The position numbers and the translations under genes are program-made. DNA of 55,790 nucleotides, filler included, from Platydemus manokwari (lineage: Eukaryota): the NCBI GenBank assembly GCA_037951405.1. It is 4 parts of 4 records of this genome, joined end to end, with 100 filler letters (N's around TTAATTAATTAA, not from the genome) between each part and the next. Parts side by side here need not be neighbours in the genome. Positions count along the whole stretch, not along the records: positions 12,077 to 29,232 come from JBBMOY011114774.1; 3 more parts are not named here. One strand, given 5' to 3'. Below, in pieces: positions 12,077-24,269 of the stretch. Position 1 is the stretch's first letter, and every line of letters starts with the position of its first letter. The notes beneath the pieces were generated by a model. It made no database searches. It saw nothing but the letters and a program-made list of their open reading frames with translations, and had not been told where the DNA came from.

Positions 12077-14997
12077 AAATTAAAGAAGTTTTGCGATTAG
12101 AATAGGAACTCGATTTATCAAGTCAATTTTGTCTCGATTTGACATCCTAGAAAGTGTACCATTAAATGCACTCCATGGATAATTCAACGAAAACGAAATA
12201 ATAAGAAATCTTTTAAAAATAAAATTAAAAATAATTTCTGATAACATAAAATTTTCAAGTATCAAGATTTCTTCATATTTCCAGATCATAACCGAAGTGT
12301 GGCAATCCAATATCAAGTAAATGCTAAATAAACATGAAATTGCCATTTGATCTAATATTTAATTGAATATGATTAAGGCCGGATCAATCATTTAAGTTGT
12401 CGACCATCCAATGTGCCTCATCAATCCAAGAAATCGAGACATTTACAACCACATTAACGAAGAACAATTAATCCATACAATTTTGATCGAAAGTTTAATT
12501 TTTTATAAAATAAAAATTTTCTTTGAATTTTAGAAAAAAATATACATGAAATTAAATTATAAAATTAATTTATAAGCTAAAATTCATGACAATTAAATGA
12601 GGTTAAATAACCACTGTACTTAATTTAAGCCGTAAAACAACATGCTTAATTTCCTATTATTATACTAATTAAGTTATTCAAATAAAATTTTGTAATTTGA
12701 AATTAATAAGCCTAAAATTAAGAAAAAAAATATAATTTTACCATGATATAGTTGCTGAATTAAACTACTTAATTAAAACAATTCCTTTTAGAAAAACTTT
12801 CATCTATACAACGTATGACTTATATAAGCTTTATAGAAACATTATACGTTGATATATGTCTGAATGTATGTCGACAGTATTTTCATTTATTAGTGTGAAA
12901 CTGAAAGCAAGAATGTTAATTAAAATGTGATTATTAAAATGCTTAAAAAGAGAAAAAGATTAGAATTTGCTGTGATTATATTTCACAAGGAAAAGGAACG
13001 TTCAGAAAAAAATTGAAACCTACACCAAAAAAGGAATATTCCATTGAAAAATGAGCCGATCTAGTTGAGTTGTTTCATTTGATCTCGAATCGAGAAGAAG
13101 TTGTATTGAATCTTTTGAATTAGAAAATCTTGTCACAGGATTCGAAATTAATTTCAAACTGAGCAATTGAATTAGTTACGATTAATTAGTTATTTTCAAA
13201 ATTAATTTTTCTCATCGAATTATAATTGAGCGAAATTTTGTTTTACAAAAAATTCGCAATATTATTAAATTAATTAATGAATACTGGTCTTATATTATTG
13301 AAAATTTTAGTCATGGTATTTATTGATTTCTTTTTACTCCACTAAAATAGCTTTAATGTCAGAATTATCAAATTCTTACTATTTGGTAGACAGTAAAAAC
13401 TACAACTATTATCATTAAAAAACCATTATATTTCAAGGAGTTCATTGATGTCAGTTCAAGTCTTTAAATTAAGTCACTACCAATTATAATTTGCTTTTGT
13501 AATGAATTTAGGGAAATATTAAACTTCATACAAGTGTCCAAGTTTAAGTCTAAAATAACCATCATCTTTAGCTTGTGTAGCTGGTGATATTAACAACAAT
13601 TTTTATTATTTTAACAAGCATATAGTGAGTAAAATACAGAACTAATGAAGCACTTTATTGCGAAAGCATCAATAATCGACATATTAACCAACCTCTAATT
13701 TATTATTTCATTTTTTGTTATTAACGTTATCTTTTGTATTAACGTTTTACTGTAGTTTAGTTTCATTTATTTTTATTTAAACTTATTGTTCAAACAGCGT
13801 TACCTAGATGTGTTTTCATGATTGGAAAACATCGATAGAAAACCATAAAAATTCCGTTTGGAATTTATACACACATTCAGTGAAGACAACAACCAATCAG
13901 AATTGACGCAGTATTATTACTGTCGACTGTATTCAGATTGTCGTTGAAACTCATACAAGTACCAATCAAATATCAACAGCATGCAATATTAATTAAACCT
14001 TATCATTGAATCAATCCTGCTTTAGTAAACAAAATTCCAGCATAAGAACGAGCGTACAATTTTCGAATTATAAAAGAGTAAGTTCCTTAGCAATGTTGGC
14101 ACTTCTTTTGGTTGATAATGTTGATTGTGGTCAATGGTTTTCATCATTTATATTCACCGTTTGACTGCTGATCCTAATGCTGTTGGTGTGTCGTCATTTT
14201 ATTTATGCGCAATTTTCATGAGTTAATATTGTTGTGTGAATTTTATTTATTTTTCAACTTTACTCTTTGGTTTCGATTTATTTTATGATTTAACGATGTG
14301 ATTTAAAATTACCATAATAGTTGCTTTATCATTGGGATTCTTGAGAATAATTATCTAATGAACTCCATCAAACGATTTAAAATATCAATTGTTAGCCCCT
14401 ACTATTTTGAAAACCACATATTAAAAACAAAATGAAAAGTCAAGACACAATCAATCTATTCTAAATCCAAATATTTAAACAAATAATTCTAATTTTACAT
14501 TAATTTAATTTTTTATAAAAATTAGAATTACATATGAATAAAATGTGAATTAAAATTGTTTTGAATTAAATTGAAATTTAATTCATAATAAATATCTCAC
14601 ATTAATGAAGAAAAAATTTTGTTTTACTAAACACTTTGTTTGCTCAAAATAATATATTGATTATCGATTATATAATTGAGATCTTTGTTGTAAATTCCCA
14701 CAATGATCATCTCCTAACACTTGACATGATAGGTCCTCAAACATATGACGAACAATTCAATAGTAATAATAATTCATAACAAATTCTATTTGACGAGATA
14801 AAGACATGACACAATTAAAGAAAACCAAATCAATAATATATAAAATATTAATTAAAAATATTAATTATTATAAATAAATCAATTAATTGAACCAGCATCA
14901 TGAACATCTAACTAATTAGTTCCATACCATAGAAACAAGTGTGGAGATGTTTCAGATATTAATCAATTAAAGTAACGTTAATAAATCACCTGATTAG

Positions 14998-16002
14998 ATG
15001 GGGAAAATAAGAGAAAACACACCCACAGAAACAACTGTAAATACGGTGACAGAAGGAGCAAGATATTCTAACAAAAATAGTACAAAATTAGAAAGTACAA
15101 AATCAGAAAGATTAATTAACATAATCATGCAAACAAAGGAATTTAACAGTCCTATTTGTAGCTACAATATCGATGATGAACCATATATTCCGGGCAATTT
15201 CGATACTTTCTTATCAGGTGTAAATTCTATTTGAATAATTAATCGTAATTAGTGATGCTCAGTAATAACGACCAATGTATTTCACATGTTAGTTATTTAT
15301 TTTCTTTACATGCATCTTAAATTCCTCGTTTTTACCAATTTTTAACAGTTTTTTCGCCACGCAAAGGCTGATATTTGGTTTTTTAATTGAAGGAGACAGC
15401 TGAGAATTCTATTTTATAAAATCACATTTGAGTATTCGTTAAGTATATGTTATATTTGTTGGAGTATTTTAATTAAATTGTCTTTCTCGATTATTAAAAA
15501 TGGTTTATGTTATATTCATGTAGTTTATTTTTTTATTTTCTTTTATTTTTTTATTTTCATTGATATTTTTAACATTTAATTTATTTTGAAATATTCTCTA
15601 ACAATATCATTTGTCCCTGGAATAAATCAACAATATCTCTTGTAATTATTGATTTTATTAAATTAAATTGAGTTGCATTTTGAAATTTATATAATCATGG
15701 AATAAATTGACATATTCCTGTCAAGGTTTTTTAAAGTAAAAGGCCTTTCTTCGTTTAAATCTTTGCTATATTTAGTTTCGTCTTCATTTGTTTTATCAGG
15801 AATCTATCCTATTAATTCACCAAATGCTTCATTCGATCGATTTAAAAATATTAAATTCAGTGGGATTTCATCAATATTTGTAATTTCACAAATCAATGTT
15901 AATATCGTTGATTTCAATAGATTCATCAAGAAATTATCCTCCAAAGTTGTTTACGTATATATATTTCTAATAACAAAGTTTCCTAGATATCGTTTTTTTT
16001 AA
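14998..16002 (+). CDS. Candidate multi-exon uncharacterised gene (possible exons 14998-15217, 15800-15879, 15921-15954, 15987-16002)
   Basis: Phase-compatible GT-AG joins give ...YNIDDEPYIPGNFDTFLSG-IYPINSPNASFDRFKNIKFSGISSIF-IHQEIILQSCLH-IVFF with 41- and 32-nt introns. No homology recognised, so this could be chance. Confidence 0.25.
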
Positions 16003-18700
16003 GTAAGACAGTGAGCTCAGACTTATTAAAAATACAATTTCGAGTATCTATATGCATTCAAACACAAATTATCAAATGGGATTTATTACCCTTATGATTA
16101 TTTGTCAATAGCTATTTTGTTTCTCAACAAGCTTCTGATAAAGGTATGGAAATTCAGTCATCAATAAAATAGATTTTTTATGTATTTGAGCTGATAAGAT
16201 TAAAGAGGAAAATTAAAATTAAATTTGAATGAGTCACAGTCAACACATGGAGATGAGTAAATAAACGCCGGTGTTGAAAAAAGCTCATAATGGTTTTAAA
16301 AGATGTAGCTTAATCGATAAGCCTTTGAATATATTGGTTTGAAAACATGTGCAGATAAATAATTAATTATAGATAAACAAATCACTTATTTCTGAAAATA
16401 ATATGCAAGTGGTCTAAAAATGACAATTTAATTGGTGTGATAGTTAGATAAATATTATATTTGTTTAAATATTCGAAAAACGCGTGTGACTTTTGAAACT
16501 ATAAATTTTGATGCATACAACCGATATTTTTACCCGGGAACAATAAATAACTTGAAATATAATTCTTAGAAAACTTTCTGGAATTACTTCAAAGTAATTT
16601 TTTCTGTGAACTCAGTATGCCATGCTGTTTATAATTAGATGAATAAAAATTATATGGAATACAAAATGTTGAAGATATTGGTTGCTTTAAAAATAACTTT
16701 AATATGCTGCCGTCTTCGATAATTCTCTCATCGATAAAAAAAATCACTTTTCATCAAAATAAATTATCATTAACTTCAAATTTCAATCGAACCGGATAAG
16801 CACTGAATTTGGAATTCAACTCAATCTGAACGAATCGGCATTGATTTTTTGAGTTTCTTGTTCTTGCTTATTTCAGATTATTTTTCCTTTTTAGATCACA
16901 GCTTGATTCTTTGATATTTTTCAAAATGTTTAATTATACGAATTTTTGACAGAATTTCGATTAGACGTGAGTGAATTACACTTTTCTTCCAATAAAAATA
17001 ACTGGTAATGTTAGATTGTGATTTGTTTATTGTTTGAAGAATTGGTTGATTTGTAAGGTGATTTGAAAGATTCTTTAGGGTGTCATGAAAATCATTCGAA
17101 ACATGGGAATTATTATGAGGAAAAACATTCGTGAGAAAAACATATTGGGAAGGGTTCTTATGGTATAACCTGAACAATTTGAAAATTTTTCATGAATTTT
17201 TGTTTTGGATTTTAGATGCTCATATGTTTTTACTGATTTGTATTGAGAATTAGATTAATTATTGTTATTCGTAATTATTTATTCTTTTACATTTATGTTG
17301 CTTGCGTATGTTCTTGTTGTTGGAATTTTTTATATTTTTGTATTTTTTTATAATTCTTAATTTTTAATGTATTTGTTTTCAATTTTTTAATGCAATTTTC
17401 CAATGTTAATTTTTTTGTGAATTCTATTTCAATTATATGTTTTTTATAAGAATAAAATGTTCTGTTGTCAAGATAATCGGTACAGACTGAACTCCCAAAA
17501 CGATATTTATAAAGTGGATATCGTGGATTATTTAAATTGAATTGGGTTTTTTTTGTAAGCTCAACATCGGATTTAGACATATAGATATTTAATGGACATT
17601 GAGGTGTATGATATTGTATGAAATAAGTTTATTTCATTCTACCCTTTGTAAAACAATTACTATCGATTTTAAAACCATTTTCAAAAGTTGATGTTATTGA
17701 GCAAACAGCGAATTTCACGAATAAGTAATGAAACTACTTGAATATATTATTCCAATATTGATTAAGTGTTGAGTATAAACGAAATGTTTCAAAAGGTTAA
17801 ACGGTTTCGAATATTTGTACCCTTATTTTTAGCAGTTTAAGTATGTACATGCCTACATAACTATGCAGGCATGGCAACTAACTAATTACAGCTGACTTAA
17901 ATGGAAAATTATAATTCGAAAAAGCGACATACTCACACAGTAACACATAAGGATTAACCAATCCTGTGTACACAAAATCAATAAATCCAATTGAAAGTTG
18001 AGAAATAAAAGATCAAATCTAAACGTGATGCAAACGTGATACAAAAATTACACACAGATCTCAAGTATAAATACTGATGTAAAGATGGCCAACTACCAGT
18101 TAGAAGCCAAGTTTCTAGTCGTTGTTATAATTGATCATGACGTTTTTTGTTGTCATTTTTATTAGGAGCTGATTAGTACGATATTCAAAAATACAGATTG
18201 GATTAAACACAAATCTAATATCAAACAAAATTTTAATAATAGTTTAATAAATAATATCTCGGATAGTTTCCCAGACTAGTTTGAAATACCTTAGCCTAGT
18301 TTTCAGAACATAATCATAAGTCGATCACATATTTTACATGAAATAAGTAGTATAGATAAAAATCCGGAGCACTTTTATTTTTTGTCTTCCTAAGCGCAAA
18401 ATGTAAATGTTAAAAATTATCAATAAAATTGAGAAAATTATTTTTAAAATGTTTGTAAAATGCTTATTTATTAATTACAATAATTCAAATTTTGTTTAAG
18501 TGTACTGTCTATTTAGATACTAACACGTAACTTTTCAATTTAGAATTATTTCCTCATGATTGATATTCTAGTTTTAGTTGTCTTTTAATTTTATATTGGA
18601 ATTTTCAAATGAAAATTTTTATTGAAAATTTGACAATTATTTTATAATTTTTGTTTACTTCATTTATATGCTTTATATTATTGTCAACTAAAAATTATCG

Positions 18701-21700
18701 ATGTCTATTTTTACATGTTTATCGGAACTTGAAGAACAGTATATTTTTCATTCGCCTCTGAATGGATATGACAAATTACCGATTAATATATATTGTGTCA
18801 TAATTAAGAATTACATGATTATATATAAAAAACCAACGGATATCTTATCATTTCTACGACTACCTCTTTTCAGTACAACACAAATAGAAATTTTAAATCC
18901 ACAAAATCGATTTTCATTAACAATCAATAATCATAAATTTTGTTTTGGAAGTGATGAGAAAATATTGCTGGAATCTTGGATTCAAGAAATTAAAAATCAA
19001 ATTGAAAATTGTGTCATTTTAAAGCCATTGACTGATTTTGAAAATGCTGAAGTTCGAATCGATAAATTTTTCAATTATAATCAGATCGTTTATATTTTAA
19101 TTCCAGCCGGTGATTACAAACTATATATTTTTGAATCTCTAGATTATCATCGTTGCGATATTATCACCCATGTGATCAATCTGAAATATTACGTAGTTAA
19201 AGATGTACGCAATTCCCTTATTAATCCGTATCTCAAATTAATTGGACAAAATGCGAAATTTAAATTCCAATTCAAAGATGATGTGACGGCAGCCAATTGG
19301 AAATGTATTATTTTAAATATTATTAAAAATTCAATGATTATGAGCAAGACATGTGCCTTGACACGGATAAATATGAATGAATCGAATATGTATTGTGCCG
19401 ACTGTGGCTTCCCGAATCCAGATTGGATTTCGATGAAATTGTGCATAACTCTCTGCATCAATTGTGCCAGTCATCACGGATCGATGGATTCGTTAAATTT
19501 TTGTATTCAGACTGCGATCGTTGATCCATTGCAGCCCGATAATTCTCGTTTGATTGATTTGGTTCAAGCAGTCGGCAATGAAAAATCGAATTCATTTTGG
19601 TTGCATAACAAATGGGAAACTTACAACAAACCATTTGAAAATCTCCATTTTACCATTGACAAATATATGAAAAAGATTTTTATGGACAAAAATTTTGCCA
19701 GTCTATCTGAAGACGAACTGAAAAATCAATTGCAATCTTCTGTATCGAATGATGATGTGTTTTTAACATTAAAATTATGGTTTTCCATTGATTTTCCAGT
19801 GGATCAACAATTCTGCGATGATTTGATCACAATAGCACAAGATTCGCAACAAAAATTACAGGAAAAATTTCTATCAATTCAACGGCAATCGTTGGATTGT
19901 AACAATCAGAATTCATCCAAAATAACTGAAACCTATCTTCAAATCTTCTACGGTGAGCATTGCGACACATTTGAAAACCCATTTCTTATTTCCATTCAGC
20001 AAAAATGTATTTCTATCAAATTAGAATACATCGACCAATCAGAATCGACAATACTCGATGTGTGTTATATTTTATCGGATGACGTGTGTTTTGTGTGGTA
20101 TGACGTCACCAATGAGAATCTCGTTGTATCGATGAATCCGCCAATTCAATTCGAAAATTTTTCCGATAAATCAAATCACATCACACTTTTTGTCAATCGA
20201 ATTATATTTTATAATCAATCGAAATGGATTTTGAAAAATTACAAAAACGATTTACTCCGAGCATTGTTACCGAACGATTATTTGACATTGATTGCTGACG
20301 AATCTAGCTTCTTCATGAATGTCGATGTCCAATTCAACGATGATGAACCAATCAAATGTAAGTGCCATGTGGTGGATCATGAGATCATTTTCAACACACC
20401 GACTTTATCGGTTTATAATTTGAGAAAATCATTCACAATTCAACCATTGGATGATGAGTTCGATGAGGGTGTGGTGATCAATTTCTCGAATATTCAATTG
20501 AAATTGATAATCAATAATACGTACGATCGAATTACTATTCAGGAAGCTCTGGAATCAGGTGCAAAATCGTTGAAATTATTACCGGATACCGAATCAATAC
20601 CAGTGCCAATCGATAAAATGATTGCATTCATCAGTTACAATGGCCTGTTATCGGAAGGAATCTTTCGAATGCGTGGTACAGATCGGAAAATAAACAGTTT
20701 ATTCAATTCCATTGATGAAAGTGGTTCGAATTTCACCATCGATCCGGATGTTTATAATGTCAACGATGTGACATCGTGTTTGAAAAAATACTGTCGATCT
20801 TTTGATCGGCCTATTATGACACACAATTTCTTCGATCATTTCCATCAAGCATCACTAGAAGAAGATGATGAAAAAAAAATCGATCTCTATCGAAAGGCTT
20901 TGTCTTTGCTACCGAAAATAAATTATCAAGTGACTCGAAAGATTTTGGAATTGTTTCTCATGATCCGATCGGCTGAGAAACATAACAAAATGAATAGCGA
21001 CAATTTAGCCATTTCTACTGCTTTATCGTTTGTATCATTCGAGATGGCTAACACTCAAACAAGTGGTTTGATTATGAAGGATTTGATCAACAATTTCGAG
21101 ACATTGTTTAATTATTCGGACAATGAACATTCAATATTCAATATTTTATTACGACGTGAATCTAATGTCGTGAAAATGATCCGATCATTCTATATCAGTC
21201 CACATTTGAGACAATGTTTGAAAATCAAAAAATTTGAAGTCGAATCATTGAATTTCATTGGTAAAGATTCCAACTTTATAATGGTCTATTTGGATATTGA
21301 TCAATGTGAAGTCGTGAAGAGCGTGTGTGCCAAACTATTCGATAATGCTCCGCCAATCAGTGTTTGGCATTTCATTACAAAAATAGCGACATTTACCGCT
21401 GTGGTAATGAAACGGCTTGTTTATTTTAATGAATCAACTCAATCGGCACTTATCGAACCGAGAACCATGACTGATTATCATGGGTATTTCGTTATTTTTC
21501 CCGACCAGGAACTCGTCCAATTGCCAGAGAGACGATTATTTCAGTGTGAAATAAAATTGAAATTGGAAAAAAATCGAGATTTTATTTTAATTATGAGCTT
21601 TCCCAACTCATTGCAATTGTTTGAGAAAAAGGCCAATCATCAGCAATCACTCCATGATTTAGCGATGTCGGAATTGTTTGTTTATCAGTACCATGTAAAA

Positions 21701-21832
21701 AATAACAATAAAATCACTATTTTGCATGGCGTAAATGGGGTTTTGAAATTAAAATTCCTCAGCAACAATGATCTGAGAGAATTTATTCATTATTATAATA
21801 AATTTAGAAACCAATCTTTTACTATGTTATAA
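18701..21832 (+). CDS. ARAP: ARAP-like (centaurin-delta type) protein with PH domains, an ArfGAP zinc finger and a RhoGAP domain; 1043 aa, intronless
   Basis: Two N-terminal PH-like C-terminal helices (LLESWIQEI, TAANWKCII). ArfGAP C4 motif NMYCADC-x16-CINC, then GNEKSNSFW and IDKY. RhoGAP motifs GLLSEGIFRMRG, DVTSCLKKYCR and NKMNSDNLAI. C-terminal PH-like end (LKFLSNNDLREF). The domain order matches the ARAP family. In-frame TAA at 18689 supports the start. Confidence 0.85.
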   Translation: MSIFTCLSELEEQYIFHSPLNGYDKLPINIYCVIIKNYMIIYKKPTDILSFLRLPLFSTTQIEILNPQNRFSLTINNHKFCFGSDEKILLESWIQEIKNQIENCVILKPLTDFENAEVRIDKFFNYNQIVYILIPAGDYKLYIFESLDYHRCDIITHVINLKYYVVKDVRNSLINPYLKLIGQNAKFKFQFKDDVTAANWKCIILNIIKNSMIMSKTCALTRINMNESNMYCADCGFPNPDWISMKLCITLCINCASHHGSMDSLNFCIQTAIVDPLQPDNSRLIDLVQAVGNEKSNSFWLHNKWETYNKPFENLHFTIDKYMKKIFMDKNFASLSEDELKNQLQSSVSNDDVFLTLKLWFSIDFPVDQQFCDDLITIAQDSQQKLQEKFLSIQRQSLDCNNQNSSKITETYLQIFYGEHCDTFENPFLISIQQKCISIKLEYIDQSESTILDVCYILSDDVCFVWYDVTNENLVVSMNPPIQFENFSDKSNHITLFVNRIIFYNQSKWILKNYKNDLLRALLPNDYLTLIADESSFFMNVDVQFNDDEPIKCKCHVVDHEIIFNTPTLSVYNLRKSFTIQPLDDEFDEGVVINFSNIQLKLIINNTYDRITIQEALESGAKSLKLLPDTESIPVPIDKMIAFISYNGLLSEGIFRMRGTDRKINSLFNSIDESGSNFTIDPDVYNVNDVTSCLKKYCRSFDRPIMTHNFFDHFHQASLEEDDEKKIDLYRKALSLLPKINYQVTRKILELFLMIRSAEKHNKMNSDNLAISTALSFVSFEMANTQTSGLIMKDLINNFETLFNYSDNEHSIFNILLRRESNVVKMIRSFYISPHLRQCLKIKKFEVESLNFIGKDSNFIMVYLDIDQCEVVKSVCAKLFDNAPPISVWHFITKIATFTAVVMKRLVYFNESTQSALIEPRTMTDYHGYFVIFPDQELVQLPERRLFQCEIKLKLEKNRDFILIMSFPNSLQLFEKKANHQQSLHDLAMSELFVYQYHVKNNNKITILHGVNGVLKLKFLSNNDLREFIHYYNKFRNQSFTML

Positions 21833-22771
21833 TCATTCTCAATGCGGTGTATTAAATTTTTGTTTTCAGTATTTTTATTTTACAACTTTTATTATTTTTA
21901 TATGAATCATATTTTAATAAGTCTTTGACTTGAATTTTGTCTTATTAAATTGTTATATTTGGGGGCTTTCTCTTTTTGGTTAGACTCTCTAATCAGAAGT
22001 TGTTATATGTGCAACCAAGTTATTGACGACTTAATCAGTCTCTTGAGTCCTAGCTATTAAGGCTCTTGGTGTAATAATTATCAATATTAGCTTTTCCTTA
22101 CTCCTTGCACTCAAACTACTGGATAAAAAGTGTGCGATGCGTGATTTAAAACGATTAAATGTTGGAAGTTTATTTATTAACGTTTGCCTCAATAATACTT
22201 CTTTCAAACCGTGAATGGTAATTTTATATTTTGTTGGATAACCGTATAAACATATTAATATAAATATAATAGTTAAGCATATAACAATCGTAAATAAAGA
22301 CATAATTATGGATAAATATTAAAACAAAATTTACAAATATGAAATCACATTGTGAGCGACAATAAAATAATTTAGTAACCAGGATTAATTCACGTTGCCA
22401 TGGAAGCAGTAAGTCTATGCATAGTAATTTGAATTCATATTTCAAATCACCAATGCAGCGCAGGAAATTGCTATAGTATGTGTAAAATGAGTAATATCTC
22501 CTACAAACGCCCTCAATCTGAAACAGTATTAAAGAAAAAGCAATCATCAGTCATTCGCACAAAATTTCTCGTATATTATGTCGAATGGATTACAAAATTT
22601 TAAATCATCTATCTAGAGTATGTCATTCTACCATTGTATGGAGTCATTTTTAACTTGAACATTCAGTAACAGAATCAATTCAAATTACATATTCATTATC
22701 CGTCATTCAAGCGTTGTTACAGTGGTATTTACTATTATCATTCAGATCATTGATTCTTCTTCATCAATCTC

Positions 22772-22956
22772 CTAATTTTAGATTTTGAAAATATTCGATT
22801 TCAATCAACTAAAATTCTTCTTAAGTACTTAAATAAAAAATTCAAAATCTTTTTAAAGAATATAATTAAATAAACTAAAGATTTTTGCAATGCATTCAAT
22901 AAATTTAAAATTTCCTTGTTAGGATCCTTTTTTTAACGTTGGCCAAAATTTCAATA
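22772..22956 (+). repeat. Dispersed AT-rich repeat, copy 1 (non-autonomous TE-like)
   Basis: Core gatttcaatcaactaaaattcttcttaagtacttaaataaaaaatt...aaagaatataattaaataaact...gcattcaataaatttaaaatttc matches 34566-34780 (+) and 55445-55626 (-). Confidence 0.85.
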
Positions 22957-23906
22957 TTTTTAAAATATTTTAAAGCATACTTATTAACAATAATTTTAAA
23001 TTGATATTTAAATTTATTAGATAAAGATTTAAATATAACAAAATTAAATTTAATTATTAATAGCAATAAACAATGAAAAATTAATGCGAATACATAGACA
23101 AAATTTCTATCAAATATAAAATAAAAACAGAATAAGATCATTACAATAGAAAAATCAAAATTACTACTGACTGGTTTTCATCATTAAAAGTAATGAAAAG
23201 ATAAAATTTTATATTTTATCAAATAACCTGTGGCCGCAGGCCGTCTCTTGATTGATACTAGAAAAAAAATGTATTTGGTTTGTCGATGAAAAGCTCAGAC
23301 AAATTTTTTTGCTACCGATAAAATATTCGGAATTTTAGACATTGTAATTAGCCCAATGAAAGGGAATTTTAATTTGATTTCAATTTTAACTTGATATTCC
23401 AAATCACTTTTTTATTTTGATGTGAATATATAAAAAAAATAATTGATTTGTAAATATCAATGAAAATTTCCTCGACCTTATCCAGAAAAAACATGACTAT
23501 ATATAATATAATTTGTAATAAACTTCGACGGTAACTGAAAATTGTTCCGAAAAAATATGAAAAATAAAAAAAAGATTATTATTCAAATTTTCGGATTGAA
23601 TTATATAATACTAGCTTATCTCCATAAATATCACATTGGTTGCCAATTTAATTGACATGTTGGCTAAACCGCAAAAAATGACTGCTTTTCCTGCCCGTAG
23701 ATTTTCCCTTTTGATATTTTTTAAGAGTTTGTTTTGTTTTTAATTAGTTACCCATATTAATAGAAGATACAATTAATAATGAAAGTAAAGGCAAATGATT
23801 GAATAGACATTTAAAGTTGTATCTGGTAGTAATTGTCGTTACTTAGTAACTAAAGTTATACGTATAAAATTTTTAAATTATTTTGAATCAGGTTAATAAC
23901 AATAAC

Positions 23907-24269
23907 TTAAAACATACGATTTTCCTTTATTATAGCTTTATGCGAGATCCTGTCAATAGCAGATGCACCTTTGATATTGATGTTTCTATCTTCATTCTCG
24001 AGATATGATCTAATTTCATCGATGGATAATACTGTTGCATTTCGAGTAATACGCCTTATAGCCTTCTTTTTTGGTTTACGGAATGAGCATCCTTTACTCG
24101 TGTATCCATTTAAAATAGAGAATTCCTTTAATTTAGACCAAAGAGTAGTAAGATCGAAAAGTTTTATTTTCCAGTTGTAATTTTCTGCTAGAAAATTTTG
24201 GAATGCAGAAATAATATTTGATTCGTTCTCAGGAGTGTTTGATACTATATTTGCTAAAGTAGTTGACAA
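23907..24269 (-). mobile_element. Possible decayed DNA-transposase C-terminal fragment (pogo/DDE_1-like)
   Basis: RKPKKKAIRRITRNATVLSIDEIRSYLENED resembles the basic NLS plus A-x-VLTS-x-E..LE tail seen after DDE_1 domains. No catalytic motif or TIR is visible. Confidence 0.3.

Noticed and set aside
16896-17580. Two minus-strand ORFs (93 and 95 aa)
   Set aside because: AT-biased low-complexity composition, with no recognisable motif or consistent splice model. They may be a TE relic, but this is unsupported.
19189-19461. Minus-strand 90-aa ORF
   Set aside because: Antisense shadow of the ARAP-like CDS.
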